64,000 nt of DNA from Candidatus Latescibacterota bacterium. Lineage in GTDB: Bacteria > Latescibacterota > UBA2968 > UBA8231. The notes under the pieces were generated by a model that ran no database searches, was not told the origin of the DNA, and saw nothing but the letters and a program-made list of their open reading frames with translations. Positions 1 through 8,830 of the stretch are shown here, in pieces. Made by a program: the position numbers and the translations under genes. Numbering within the stretch: the stretch's first letter is position 1; each line of letters starts with the position of its first letter. Location of the stretch: positions 3,904,001 to 3,968,000 of the forward strand of contig OZ241867.1 in assembly GCA_965203175.1 (NCBI GenBank). The letters are read 5' to 3'.

Positions 1-553
1 GATTAGTCAGCGGTGCCCCTTGCTTTTGAGCGATATGGCCCCATTCCTGCAAGCCCCAATGGTGGCTGCCGGGAATAACCTTGATGCAGCCGTTGTCTGG
101 GGTGGCATCGTTAAGGGCGATGCTCACAGTCACGAGAGCGGGCGGCTCCATTGGCCAATAGGCCGAATCTTGGTGCAGGGCGTGGGCCGAGCCGTGGAAG
201 GCGGGCTTGAGCATTAGGGTGCTGCGGAAGAGAAGCAGGTCGTCCCCGAGGAGCGCTTGCACGATGGCGACGAGGCGAGGATGGGCCGCAAGTTGGGCGA
301 AGCATGGCGACAGGGTGCGGGTGTTCTCTATTTTGCGCAGGACTGGCAGACCGTTGCGGTTTTGGTTCTTAGAAAAAGGCTCGCGCTGAAAGTGGCCGCT
401 GAGTGGGTCTTGGTTGGCCTCTAGGTCGGCGGCTAGTTGGTGCAGGCGTTGGATCTCGTGCTGGCATTGGGCGACTTCGCGGCTGTTGAGCAGACTAGGA
501 ACAATTAAGTAGCCTTGCTGCTCGAAAAAGGCTCGCTGCTTGTGTGGGTCCAT
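1..553 (-). CDS. Phytanoyl-CoA dioxygenase (PhyH) family Fe(II)/2OG dioxygenase, 3' end runs off the window
   Basis: Manual minus-strand translation (absent from ORF track): MDPHKQRAFFEQQGYLIVP...MLKPAFHGSAHALHQDSAYWP...VSIALNDATPDNGCIKVIPGSH; HQD iron ligands and NGCxxVIPGSH motif. Confidence 0.9.
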   Translation of the reverse strand, partial: MDPHKQRAFFEQQGYLIVPSLLNSREVAQCQHEIQRLHQLAADLEANQDPLSGHFQREPFSKNQNRNGLPVLRKIENTRTLSPCFAQLAAHPRLVAIVQALLGDDLLLFRSTLMLKPAFHGSAHALHQDSAYWPMEPPALVTVSIALNDATPDNGCIKVIPGSHHWGLQEWGHIAQKQGAPLTN

Positions 554-634
554 GCGGCACTCCCGCTGTTGAGGTGTAACCCGCTAAGTGTACACTGGTT
601 GCCGACTGGGTGTCAACTGTCCTCTAGCAAACGC

Positions 635-2374
635 ATGAAGCGATTTTTTCCATTTATCCATTGGCTGCCCGAACTCGGCCGGCCAGGCGTCTGGCGCGCC
701 GATGTGGTCGCGGGCCTTACCGTGGCGACGATCCTCGTGCCCCAAGCCATGGCCTACGCCGAGTTGGCGGGGCTGCCACCGGTTTATGGGCTGTACGCGG
801 CCTTTCTGCCGCCGGCCGTAGCCGCGCTCTTTGGCTCTTCCCGGCATTTGTCCACCGGCCCGGTGGCCATCGCTTCGCTTATCAGCGCGACGACCGTGCA
901 GGGGCTCGTTCCCGAGGGCGGCGAGTTGTATATCGCCTATTCGCTGGCCTTGGGCTTGCTGGTCGGCTTGATACGAATTGCCATGGGCGCGTTGCGGTTG
1001 GGCTTGCTGATCGATCTGCTGTCCAGTCCGGTCGTCGTTGGCTTTACCAATGCCGCGGCCTTTATCATCGTCATTTCCCAATTGCACAAGGTATTCGGTG
1101 TGGAGCCCCAACAGGGGGGGCATTTGTTGGCGGCCCTCCGCGTCATCGACGTGGCGCTGTTAGAGGTCCATTGGCCGACGCTGGGGATGGCGGTGTTGGC
1201 TGGGGGGCTGTTGGTAGTTTTGCGCCGCGGTCGTTGGAAGCTGCCGAGCATGTTGACGACGCTAGTGGTCACCACACTCGTTTCTTGGCTGGCTGGATTT
1301 AGCGGGGGAGTGGTCGGCGAGGTTCCGCGCGGTTTGCCGCGGCCGTCGGTGCCGGACTTAGACTTGGGAATCCTGTCTCAACTCTTCGTGGGTGCCTTGA
1401 CTTTGACCATGCTCGGCCTGATGGAGGCCATGGCCATTGCCAAGACCCTCGCTGCACGGACGCGGCAGCATCTCGATATCGATCAAGAACTCATCGGCCA
1501 GGGTATGGCCAATGTGGTCGGCGGGCTTTTCCAAAGCTATGCGACTTCGGGCTCGTTCTCGAGGTCGGCCGTCAACTACCAAAGCGGGGCGCGGACGGGT
1601 TTTGCCTCGGTCGTAGCATCGCTGGTCATCGCCGCGACCCTGCTCTGGCTCACACCGCTGTTGTACTATCTGCCGCAAGCTACGCTCGCCGTTGTTATTA
1701 TCGCCGCTGTCGTCGGCTTGGTACGCATCCAGCCCCTAGTGACTGCTTGGCGCATTAATGTCCACGACGGGTTGATTGGGGCCGCGACTTTTGTCGGCAC
1801 GCTCGCCTTGGCACCGGATTTGCACTTGGGGGTTGCCTTCGGCGTGGGAACCTCGCTGGTACTCAACTTCTACCGCACCATGCGGCCCCGCGTGGTTTTT
1901 CTCGCTCGGCATCTCGACGGCACGATGCGCGAAAGCGACGCGGGGCTGAGGCCGGATCAGCAGATCGCGATCATGCGCTTTGACGGCCAATTGTACTTTG
2001 GTTCAGGCCGTTATTTTGAAGATAAAGTGCTCGAAACGATCGCTTCGGCACCCGAGCTGAGGTACTTGATTCTCGATGCGGACGGGATCAACCGGATCGA
2101 CGCTTCTGGCGAACAAGCGCTGCGCAACGTGGTTGAACGCCTGCGCGAAGTTGGGCTGGATCTGTACTTTACGCGGGCCAAACGGCAGCTTACCGACGCG
2201 CTGGAGCGGTCGGGGCTGATGGATCAGATTGGCCGCGATCACTTTTTTCGCTGGAACCAACACGCGCTCGACTATCTATGGGCACGGCTCCATCCCGATT
2301 ACAAGGCGCGGTGTCCGCTCAATGTGCCTCACTCCCAAGAGTCTGGGAATGGGGAAATCGAGTATTATATATGA
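635..2374 (+). CDS. SulP/SLC26 family anion permease with C-terminal STAS domain
   Basis: AGLTVATILVPQAMAYAELAGLPPVYGLY, GSSRHLSTGP, GSFSRSAVN; STAS LILDADGINRIDASG; ATG at 635 preferred because the 515 start overlaps the PhyH gene. Confidence 0.93.
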   Translation: MKRFFPFIHWLPELGRPGVWRADVVAGLTVATILVPQAMAYAELAGLPPVYGLYAAFLPPAVAALFGSSRHLSTGPVAIASLISATTVQGLVPEGGELYIAYSLALGLLVGLIRIAMGALRLGLLIDLLSSPVVVGFTNAAAFIIVISQLHKVFGVEPQQGGHLLAALRVIDVALLEVHWPTLGMAVLAGGLLVVLRRGRWKLPSMLTTLVVTTLVSWLAGFSGGVVGEVPRGLPRPSVPDLDLGILSQLFVGALTLTMLGLMEAMAIAKTLAARTRQHLDIDQELIGQGMANVVGGLFQSYATSGSFSRSAVNYQSGARTGFASVVASLVIAATLLWLTPLLYYLPQATLAVVIIAAVVGLVRIQPLVTAWRINVHDGLIGAATFVGTLALAPDLHLGVAFGVGTSLVLNFYRTMRPRVVFLARHLDGTMRESDAGLRPDQQIAIMRFDGQLYFGSGRYFEDKVLETIASAPELRYLILDADGINRIDASGEQALRNVVERLREVGLDLYFTRAKRQLTDALERSGLMDQIGRDHFFRWNQHALDYLWARLHPDYKARCPLNVPHSQESGNGEIEYYI

Positions 2375-2381
2375 AAAAGAA

Positions 2382-2711
2382 TCAGAACCGCTTGGCGTCG
2401 GTGGGGGGATTGTCTGCGGCGGGGGCGTCGTCGGACAGCAACTGGGTGAAGGAGTCGATGCGGGCATCGGCTCTGTTGAGCAGCGCGTCCTTGTGCTGAC
2501 GAGCGGTGAGCACTTCTTCGGCGATATTGAGCGCGGCTAAGATGGCGATATCGAGCGGACCTCGATGCCTGACCGTAGCGGCGATCTGCTGCATCTTCTC
2601 GTCGAGGTAAGCCGCGGCGAGCCGGACGTACTCGGGGTCTTGGTCCTCGCTGTTGACGAGGTTATAGGTCTGATCGTAAATGCGGACAGCAACTGGTTGT
2701 GATTGCGACAT
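2382..2711 (-). CDS. zapA: Cell division protein ZapA
   Basis: VRIYDQTYNL...EYVRLAAAYLDEKMQQI...IAILAALNIAEE signature, 109 aa. Confidence 0.9.
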   Translation of the reverse strand: MSQSQPVAVRIYDQTYNLVNSEDQDPEYVRLAAAYLDEKMQQIAATVRHRGPLDIAILAALNIAEEVLTARQHKDALLNRADARIDSFTQLLSDDAPAADNPPTDAKRF

Positions 2712-2799
2712 GAGATCCCAGGAGATAAAAAGTGGGGACTCCCGCGATCTCCCCTTGTCCCGGAAGCCCCCTCTTTTGCGCGCTAACCACGTGGCAATT

Positions 2800-2846
2800 A
2801 ACCAATCTATTGGGGCTAGAAATAGTTGTCAACCTACATATTGGAT
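2800..2846. promoter_or_regulatory. Tandem NrdR-box-like operators
   Basis: AACCAATCTATTGGGG (2800-2815) and AACCTACATATTGGAT (2831-2846); cores resemble CwAtATaTwG and are 31 bp apart. Confidence 0.55.
2804..2832 (-). promoter_or_regulatory. sigma70-type promoter of zapA
   Basis: Minus strand TTGACA (2832-2827), 17 nt spacer, TAGATT (2809-2804). Confidence 0.7.
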
Positions 2847-3030
2847 ATTTTTGCGACATTTTACAAAAAAAATTAAGAAATCGTTTGTAAAAAATAAAAG
2901 ACGGCCAGTGCGAGAATTTGACGGCCTATAGAGTGCGTTCTTAGTATTGATGAGTGCCTACCAAGTGACCAAAATGCGCGTTAATCCTCTGCAGGATGAA
3001 GAAGGCGCGTAGCCGATCAATGTCTTAAAA

Positions 3031-5886
3031 ATGGATAGAGATACATTGGAGATGGCCTTGCAGCAGGCCATCCAAGGCGAGGTGCGCTTTGACGCTGTTT
3101 CGCGCATGCTCTACCGCACCGACGCCAGCATCTACGAGATGGAGCCCCTAGGGCTGGTTGTGCCCAAAGACGAGGCCGATGTGGTCGCCGCGGTAAAAAT
3201 TGCCGCTGAGCAGGGGGCGGCGGTCTTGCCACGGGGTGGTGGGACGAGTTTGGCGGGCCAGTCGGTGGGAGCGGCGGTTCATCTCGATTTTTCCAAATAC
3301 ATGAACCGGATCTTGGAGTTCGACCCAGACGAGCGCTGGGTGCGGGTGCAGCCGGGCTTGGTGCTCGATGAGCTCAATGCCTACTTGCAGCCCTACGGCC
3401 TGATTTTCGCGCCCGATGTCTCCACGAGTAGTCGGGCCAATATCGGCGGAATGATCGGCAACAATTCCTGCGGAGCTCATTCCATTATATACGGCAAGAC
3501 CATCGACCACGTACAGGAGGTAAAGGTGGTGTTGGCCGACGGCTCGCAAGCGGTATTCGGGCCGCTAGACGACGCGGAGTGTGAACGCCGCGCGGGTTTG
3601 GACTGCCTCGAAGGACACATTTACCGCGAAGTTAGCCGCATCGTCCGCGAGCGCGAAGCACAGATCCGCACGGGCTTTCCCCAGGTGATGCGCCGCGTCT
3701 CGGGCTACAATCTCGACGAATTCATCGCCGGTGCACCCTTTGACTTGAGCAAGCTAGTCGTCGGCTCGGAGGGTACGCTCTGCGCGGTAGTTGAAGCGCG
3801 GTTGAACTTGGTGGAGTTACCCGCGCACAAGGGCTTGGTGGCCGTCCACTTCCACGACTTGGTCGAGGCCATGGAGGCCAATCTGACTGCATTAGAAACC
3901 GCGCCGGTCGCCAGCGAGTTGATCGACAAGATCCTGCTCGACCAGACCAAAGGCTCGGTCGAGCACGCCCCGAGTCGCCGCTTCATCACGGGCGATCCGG
4001 CGGCCCTGCTCATAATCGAGTACTATACGGACTCCGAAGCCGAGCTGAGCCGCAAGATGGACGAATTGGAAGAGCGATTGCGGGAGCGCGGAATGGGCTA
4101 CGCGTTTACGCGGGCTGTGGCCGCCGGGGATCAGAAGGCTATCTTGGAGCTGCGCAAAGCTGGGTTGGGGCTTTTGATGGGTATGAAAGGCGATCCCAAG
4201 CCCCAACCCGGAGTGGAGGATACCTGCGTCCCGGTAGACAAACTACCCGACTACGTCCGCCGAGTGGTCGCGCTGATGGAGGAGTTGGGCATTGAGGGAG
4301 AATACTATGGGCACGCGAGCGTCGGCCTGTTGCACATCCGGCCAATCTTCAGTCTCAAAGACCCCGAGGGCATAAAGCTCCTGCGCCAGATGGAGGAGCG
4401 GATGAGCGATATGGTGCTAGAATACGGGGGAGCCATGTCGGGTGAGCACGGCGACGGTTTGGCGCGCAGCGAGTGGATCGCCAAGATGTTTAGCCCGGAG
4501 TTGGTCGCGGCCTTTGTCGAGGTTAAGGATGCCTTTGATCCACAGGGGATTATGAATCCCGGCAAGATCACTCGCTCCCCTAGGATGGACGAGAACCTGC
4601 GCTACCACGAGGATTATCAGACGCCCAAGGTGGAGACGTTTTTCAGCTTTAGCGAGGCGGGCGGCTTTCAGGAAGCCGTTGAAATGTGCTCTGGGGTGGG
4701 CCACTGCCGCAAAAAGCTGGTCGGCACGATGTGCCCTTCGTACATGGCGACCTTGGACGAGGAACACACCACTCGCGGTCGTGCCAATGCCTTGCGCGCC
4801 GCGCTCGCTGGCACATTGCCCGACGGCCTGCACAGCCAAGAGGTGCACCGCGTGATGGACCTCTGCTTGGAGTGCAAAGCCTGCAAAGCCGAGTGCCCGT
4901 CGAGCGTGGATATGGCCAAGCTCAAGTACGAATTTCTCGCCCACTACCATCGCCAGCACGGCTATCCGCTGCGGTCGCGGCTCTTTGCCGACATAGCTCG
5001 CATTAGCCGCTTGGGTTCGGCGTTGGCACCGCTGTCGAATTGGATCAGTCGCAGCGGGTTCAGTCGCTGGCTGTTGGATGCGTTCTTGGGTATTGACCGG
5101 CGGCGGCGACTGCCGGCCTTTGCCCGCCAGCCGTTTTCGCGCTGGTTCGCTGGGCGGCGTCCGGCCCGCGGCACCAAGGGCCGCGTCGTGCTTTTCAACG
5201 ATACCTTCGTCGAGTACAACGAACCGGCCATTGGTATGGCGGCGACGATCATCTTGGAACGCGCTGGGTACGAAGTCGTCTTGGTTGCAAACAAAGTCTG
5301 TTGCGGCCGGCCGTTCATATCTAAGGGCTTTCTCGATCGCGCCCGCGCCTTGGCGCAACGCAATGTGGAGGTACTCGCGCCTTGGGCCGAAGAAGGGGTG
5401 CCGATCATCGGGTTAGAGCCGAGCTGCGCGTCGGCTCTTAGTGACGATTACCTAGACTTAGTTGACGATCCACAAAGCCGGAGCGTGGCCGAGCAGGTCG
5501 TCTTGCTCGAGGACTTTCTCGTCCGCGAGTCGCCGCTCGATTTGGAGTTTGCCCAGACCGCCCGCCATATTTTGGTGCACGGCCACTGCCATCAAAAAGC
5601 CCTGACGGGGACAGCCGCGACATTGGCCGTGCTCAACATGCCGCCCCATTTTAGTGCGGAGGAAATCCCGTCGGGCTGCTGTGGCATGGCCGGCAGCTTC
5701 GGCTACGAGAAGGAGCACTTTGAAATATCGCGCGCAGTGGGGCAGGAGAGGCTCTTTGCCGTGCTAGAGGAGGCAGCAGAGGACGTGGAAATCGCCGCCG
5801 TAGGCACTTCGTGCCGCCACCAGATTGCCGATTTCACCGGGCGGCGGGCGCGGCATTGGGCCGAGATTTTTGTCGAAGCACTCTAA
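3031..5886 (+). CDS. FAD-binding and Fe-S-binding oxidoreductase (YdiJ / GlcD-GlcF fusion type, probable D-2-hydroxyacid dehydrogenase)
   Basis: PRGGGTSLAGQ, GSEGTL, SGEHGDG, CLECKACKAECP, CCG domains (VCCGRP, HGHCHQK, GCCGMAGSFG). Confidence 0.9.
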   Translation: MDRDTLEMALQQAIQGEVRFDAVSRMLYRTDASIYEMEPLGLVVPKDEADVVAAVKIAAEQGAAVLPRGGGTSLAGQSVGAAVHLDFSKYMNRILEFDPDERWVRVQPGLVLDELNAYLQPYGLIFAPDVSTSSRANIGGMIGNNSCGAHSIIYGKTIDHVQEVKVVLADGSQAVFGPLDDAECERRAGLDCLEGHIYREVSRIVREREAQIRTGFPQVMRRVSGYNLDEFIAGAPFDLSKLVVGSEGTLCAVVEARLNLVELPAHKGLVAVHFHDLVEAMEANLTALETAPVASELIDKILLDQTKGSVEHAPSRRFITGDPAALLIIEYYTDSEAELSRKMDELEERLRERGMGYAFTRAVAAGDQKAILELRKAGLGLLMGMKGDPKPQPGVEDTCVPVDKLPDYVRRVVALMEELGIEGEYYGHASVGLLHIRPIFSLKDPEGIKLLRQMEERMSDMVLEYGGAMSGEHGDGLARSEWIAKMFSPELVAAFVEVKDAFDPQGIMNPGKITRSPRMDENLRYHEDYQTPKVETFFSFSEAGGFQEAVEMCSGVGHCRKKLVGTMCPSYMATLDEEHTTRGRANALRAALAGTLPDGLHSQEVHRVMDLCLECKACKAECPSSVDMAKLKYEFLAHYHRQHGYPLRSRLFADIARISRLGSALAPLSNWISRSGFSRWLLDAFLGIDRRRRLPAFARQPFSRWFAGRRPARGTKGRVVLFNDTFVEYNEPAIGMAATIILERAGYEVVLVANKVCCGRPFISKGFLDRARALAQRNVEVLAPWAEEGVPIIGLEPSCASALSDDYLDLVDDPQSRSVAEQVVLLEDFLVRESPLDLEFAQTARHILVHGHCHQKALTGTAATLAVLNMPPHFSAEEIPSGCCGMAGSFGYEKEHFEISRAVGQERLFAVLEEAAEDVEIAAVGTSCRHQIADFTGRRARHWAEIFVEAL

Positions 5887-5906
5887 TGCGAAGTGAAAGG
5901 GATTCT

Positions 5907-6431
5907 ATGGCATTTAACGTCAAGCAACGCGGTCGATTAACCTACTACTACGGTGGGGACCACCCAACCTTATCGGCCTTGGTGACCGAGGCGCTGGACA
6001 ACGGCGACTTGAAGATCTACTTCGCCGGCTTGACCGGCGGGCATTCGGCGCATGGGATCCTCGGCCGCGACGAACTGGTGAGGATGACGCCTTCCGTCGA
6101 AGTCGAGCTGGTCTTCCGCTGTTGGGAGAAGTGGCTGCAAGAAGCCGAGATTTGCGATTCGATTGACCAAATAGATTTCATCGAGGTACACGCCTTCGGT
6201 GCTCAGCCCAAGGACGTCAACCCGCTGACCGATCCGCAGCGCTTTCACGAGGAACAACAGCGCATTTACCAAGAATACGCCCAAGCCTATAGCAGCTTTT
6301 TCCGCGATCACATGCCCGACACCGGGGTGCCGGCTCGCTTTACGGTACACGTGGTTGATTTCCCCGACAAAGCTGCCTCTTATGAATTCTACAGCGTGGG
6401 CCTGTATCAGCCGGCTCTGCACGGAGCCTGA
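5907..6431 (+). CDS. Hypothetical protein, probable divergent RidA/YjgF-superfamily fold
   Basis: IYFAGLTG...VFRCWEKWLQEA...IDQIDFIEVH...YSSFF...PARFTVHVVDFP...YEF parallels the Rid motif order; ATG at 5907 follows AAAGGGA (alternative ATG at 5886). Confidence 0.6.
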   Translation: MAFNVKQRGRLTYYYGGDHPTLSALVTEALDNGDLKIYFAGLTGGHSAHGILGRDELVRMTPSVEVELVFRCWEKWLQEAEICDSIDQIDFIEVHAFGAQPKDVNPLTDPQRFHEEQQRIYQEYAQAYSSFFRDHMPDTGVPARFTVHVVDFPDKAASYEFYSVGLYQPALHGA

Positions 6432-6434
6432 GCC

Positions 6435-6659
6435 ATGCCGATTTTTGAATACGCCTGCAAGGAGTGCGGCGCGGAGTTCGATGCGCTCATACAAGGGGCG
6501 GCGACAGTCGCTTGCCCGTCTTGTGAGAGTGCAGAGTTGGAGAAGAAGCTGTCGAGTTTTGCCGTCGCCGGCCGCGCTGCCAGCGAGCGCGAGCCAATAG
6601 GGCCGTGTGGTACCTGCGGCGACCCGCGCGGTGCCGGTGCCTGCGCTTTCGACAGTTGA
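6435..6659 (+). CDS. FmdB family zinc-ribbon protein
   Basis: MPIFEYACKECGAEF...CPSCES..LEKKLSSF and C-terminal CGTCG. Confidence 0.88.
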   Translation: MPIFEYACKECGAEFDALIQGAATVACPSCESAELEKKLSSFAVAGRAASEREPIGPCGTCGDPRGAGACAFDS

Positions 6660-6668
6660 GGAGGTCCC

Positions 6669-7931
6669 ATGGCTGCGACGCAAATCGAGCTGCCCTTTGG
6701 CGACTCTCAGTTGCAAGTTGCCGTGCCCAGCGAGCGTCTGCTAGGCGTCGTCTTGCCGAGAACGGAACAATGCGGCGATGGCGCGGAACTCGCGTTGGTA
6801 CGGGATGCGCTAGCCCGGCCCGTGGGCACGCCGACATTGCGCACGCTGGTGCGGCCTGACCAGCAGGTCGCGATTGTCGTCAGCGACATGACTCGACCCT
6901 GCCCGACAGACCGCCTGTTGCCGCCGGTGCTGGAGGAACTTGCCGTGGCTGGCGTGCCGGATGCCGACGTAACCGTGGTCGTGGCCTTGGGGTTACATCG
7001 AGCGCAGACCGAAGCCGAGTTGGCCGCCTTGGTGGGGCCGGCGGTCTATGATCGGGTGCGGGTGGTGAACCACAATCCCCAAGACGCGGTGCGGCTGGGC
7101 GTCACTTCTCGCGGTACGCCCGTGGAGCTTTTTCGTCCCTTGGTGGAGGCCGATGTGCGGATTTGTTTGGGCAATCTAGAATTCCACTACTTCGCCGGTT
7201 TTTCGGGCGGGGCCAAGGCAGTCTTGCCCGGCTGTGCCTCTCCCAACGCCATAGCGGCCAATCACGGCCTGATGGCTCGGCCCGGTGCGGAGACTGGGCG
7301 GCTTGAAGGCAATCCGGTGCGGGAAGATTTAGAAGAAGGGGTGGCCATGCTGGGGATTGACTTCATTCTCAATGCGATCGTCGATGATCGCCACCGCATT
7401 GTCGCTGCCTTTGCTGGGCACGTGCGAGAAGCTCACCGCAAAGGGTGCGAGCGGGTGGCCGAGCGTGGGGCCGTGCCCATTGCACAATGCGCTGATATCG
7501 TCCTCGTCAGCGCGGGCGGTTATCCGCTGGACGTCAATATGTACCAGGCGCAAAAGGCCCTCGACAACGCCGTGCATGCCGTGCGCGAAGGGGGCGTTAT
7601 CGTCTGGGTGGCCGAATGCCGCGAGGGGCTGGGTAGCGCCACCTTTGCCTCTTGGTTGCAGGAAGCGGATTCGGCCGACGGGATTCTCGCGCGCATAGAG
7701 CGGGAATTCGTCTTGGGCGGACACAAGGCCGCAGCCATTGCCTCGGTGCTGAAAAAGGCCCGCGTGCATTTGGTCTCGTCGCTGCCGGTCGAGGACATCG
7801 GTCGCATCGGCTTAGTGCCCTTTGACGACCTAGGCCAAGCTATGGCGGCCGCGCACGAGGTAGTCGGCCACGAGGCCCGAATCTGGGCGCTGCCCTATGG
7901 AGATTCGGTATTGCCGCAGGCCGCAGCTTAG
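6669..7931 (+). CDS. larA: Nickel-pincer-dependent lactate racemase (LarA) family protein
   Basis: SDMTRP, ALGLH, HYFAGFSGGAKAVLPG, NH, YQAQKAL, GGHK motifs; SD GAGGAGG. Confidence 0.88.
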   Translation: MAATQIELPFGDSQLQVAVPSERLLGVVLPRTEQCGDGAELALVRDALARPVGTPTLRTLVRPDQQVAIVVSDMTRPCPTDRLLPPVLEELAVAGVPDADVTVVVALGLHRAQTEAELAALVGPAVYDRVRVVNHNPQDAVRLGVTSRGTPVELFRPLVEADVRICLGNLEFHYFAGFSGGAKAVLPGCASPNAIAANHGLMARPGAETGRLEGNPVREDLEEGVAMLGIDFILNAIVDDRHRIVAAFAGHVREAHRKGCERVAERGAVPIAQCADIVLVSAGGYPLDVNMYQAQKALDNAVHAVREGGVIVWVAECREGLGSATFASWLQEADSADGILARIEREFVLGGHKAAAIASVLKKARVHLVSSLPVEDIGRIGLVPFDDLGQAMAAAHEVVGHEARIWALPYGDSVLPQAAA

Positions 7932-8830
7932 GATTTTTCGCCGGCAAACAAATCGAGCTGCTCGATCTCCTCGTCGGCAAATCCCCCCAACCCAATGCCG
8001 AGCAGACGCGTACCCAAGTCGTCGGTTTCTGTGTGCGCCAACAACTCGCAGGCGGTTGCGAAGACGACTTGGGTGCGGTCGGTAAAGGTGCCCAAGCGCG
8101 ATGTGCACGTCGCGGTGCGAAAATCCGGATAGCGCACCTCTAGGGTGACGTCACGCGCTTGCAATCCTCTGCGCTGCAAGCGCCCGCAGAGCGCAGAGGC
8201 CAACTCGCGCAAGGCATCGTGCATTTCTTCATGGGTGTACAGTGGGGCGGCAAAAGAAGCTTCCTCGCGGATTTGGTATAGCTGTTCGGCTGGGGCGACC
8301 GGGTCGTCGTCCCAACCTTGGGCGAGGTGCCAAAAACTGCTACCCCGCTGGCCAAAGTGGCGCACGAGTTCTTCCAGCGGCACTTGGATCAGCGCGCCGA
8401 TGCGATCTATTTGCATGGCTGCGAACTGCTGGCGCGTAACGGCTCCCACGCCGGGAAGCCGGTCAATGGGCACGTCGGCGAGAAAATCCTCTATCTGTTC
8501 GGGCAGCACGACCGTTAGGCCATCGGGTCGCTGACGTTCCATCGCTAGCTGCGCCAAGAATTTGCTGGGCGCCAACCCCACGGAAACGCTCCAGCCTAGC
8601 TGCCGCTTGATATCGCTTTTGATCATCTTGGCGACGCGCGTTCCGAAGGGGATGTCGAGCTTATTGTCGGTGACGTCGAGGATGACATAGCCGTCGCCCC
8701 ATTCGATCCAATCGGTGTATTCGCGCAGAAGCGCGGCGAATTCGGCGCAAGCTTGGGTGTTGTGGTGCGGGCCGCTATCAAGTCCAATGTGGACTATCTT
8801 GCGACGTCCACCGGCCCTAGCGGGACTCAT
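7928..8830 (-). CDS. Degenerate Y-family polymerase (DinB paralog lacking catalytic acids and fingers domain)
   Basis: SVGLAPSKFLA..RPDG, LPGVG (HhH), little-finger VTLEVRYPDF...RLLGIG, C-terminal QLDLF; N-terminal motifs HIGLD and WGDG replace HVDMD and SLDE. Confidence 0.8.
   Translation of the reverse strand: MSPARAGGRRKIVHIGLDSGPHHNTQACAEFAALLREYTDWIEWGDGYVILDVTDNKLDIPFGTRVAKMIKSDIKRQLGWSVSVGLAPSKFLAQLAMERQRPDGLTVVLPEQIEDFLADVPIDRLPGVGAVTRQQFAAMQIDRIGALIQVPLEELVRHFGQRGSSFWHLAQGWDDDPVAPAEQLYQIREEASFAAPLYTHEEMHDALRELASALCGRLQRRGLQARDVTLEVRYPDFRTATCTSRLGTFTDRTQVVFATACELLAHTETDDLGTRLLGIGLGGFADEEIEQLDLFAGEKS

Noticed and set aside
515-634. 40-aa N-terminal extension of SulP in the ORF track
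   Set aside because: It overlaps the start of the divergent PhyH gene; SulP-like sequence begins at ATG 635.
2375-2800. 6S RNA next to zapA (common synteny)
   Set aside because: zapA ends 7 nt from the convergent SulP stop, and no long 6S-like rod with a central bubble was recognisable upstream.
4417-5358. 313-aa antisense ORF and similar long shadow ORFs (e.g. 5970-6716, 19711-20346, 48094-49074, 54413-55162)
   Set aside because: They lie opposite well-supported genes, have no recognisable motifs, and are expected in GC-rich coding DNA.
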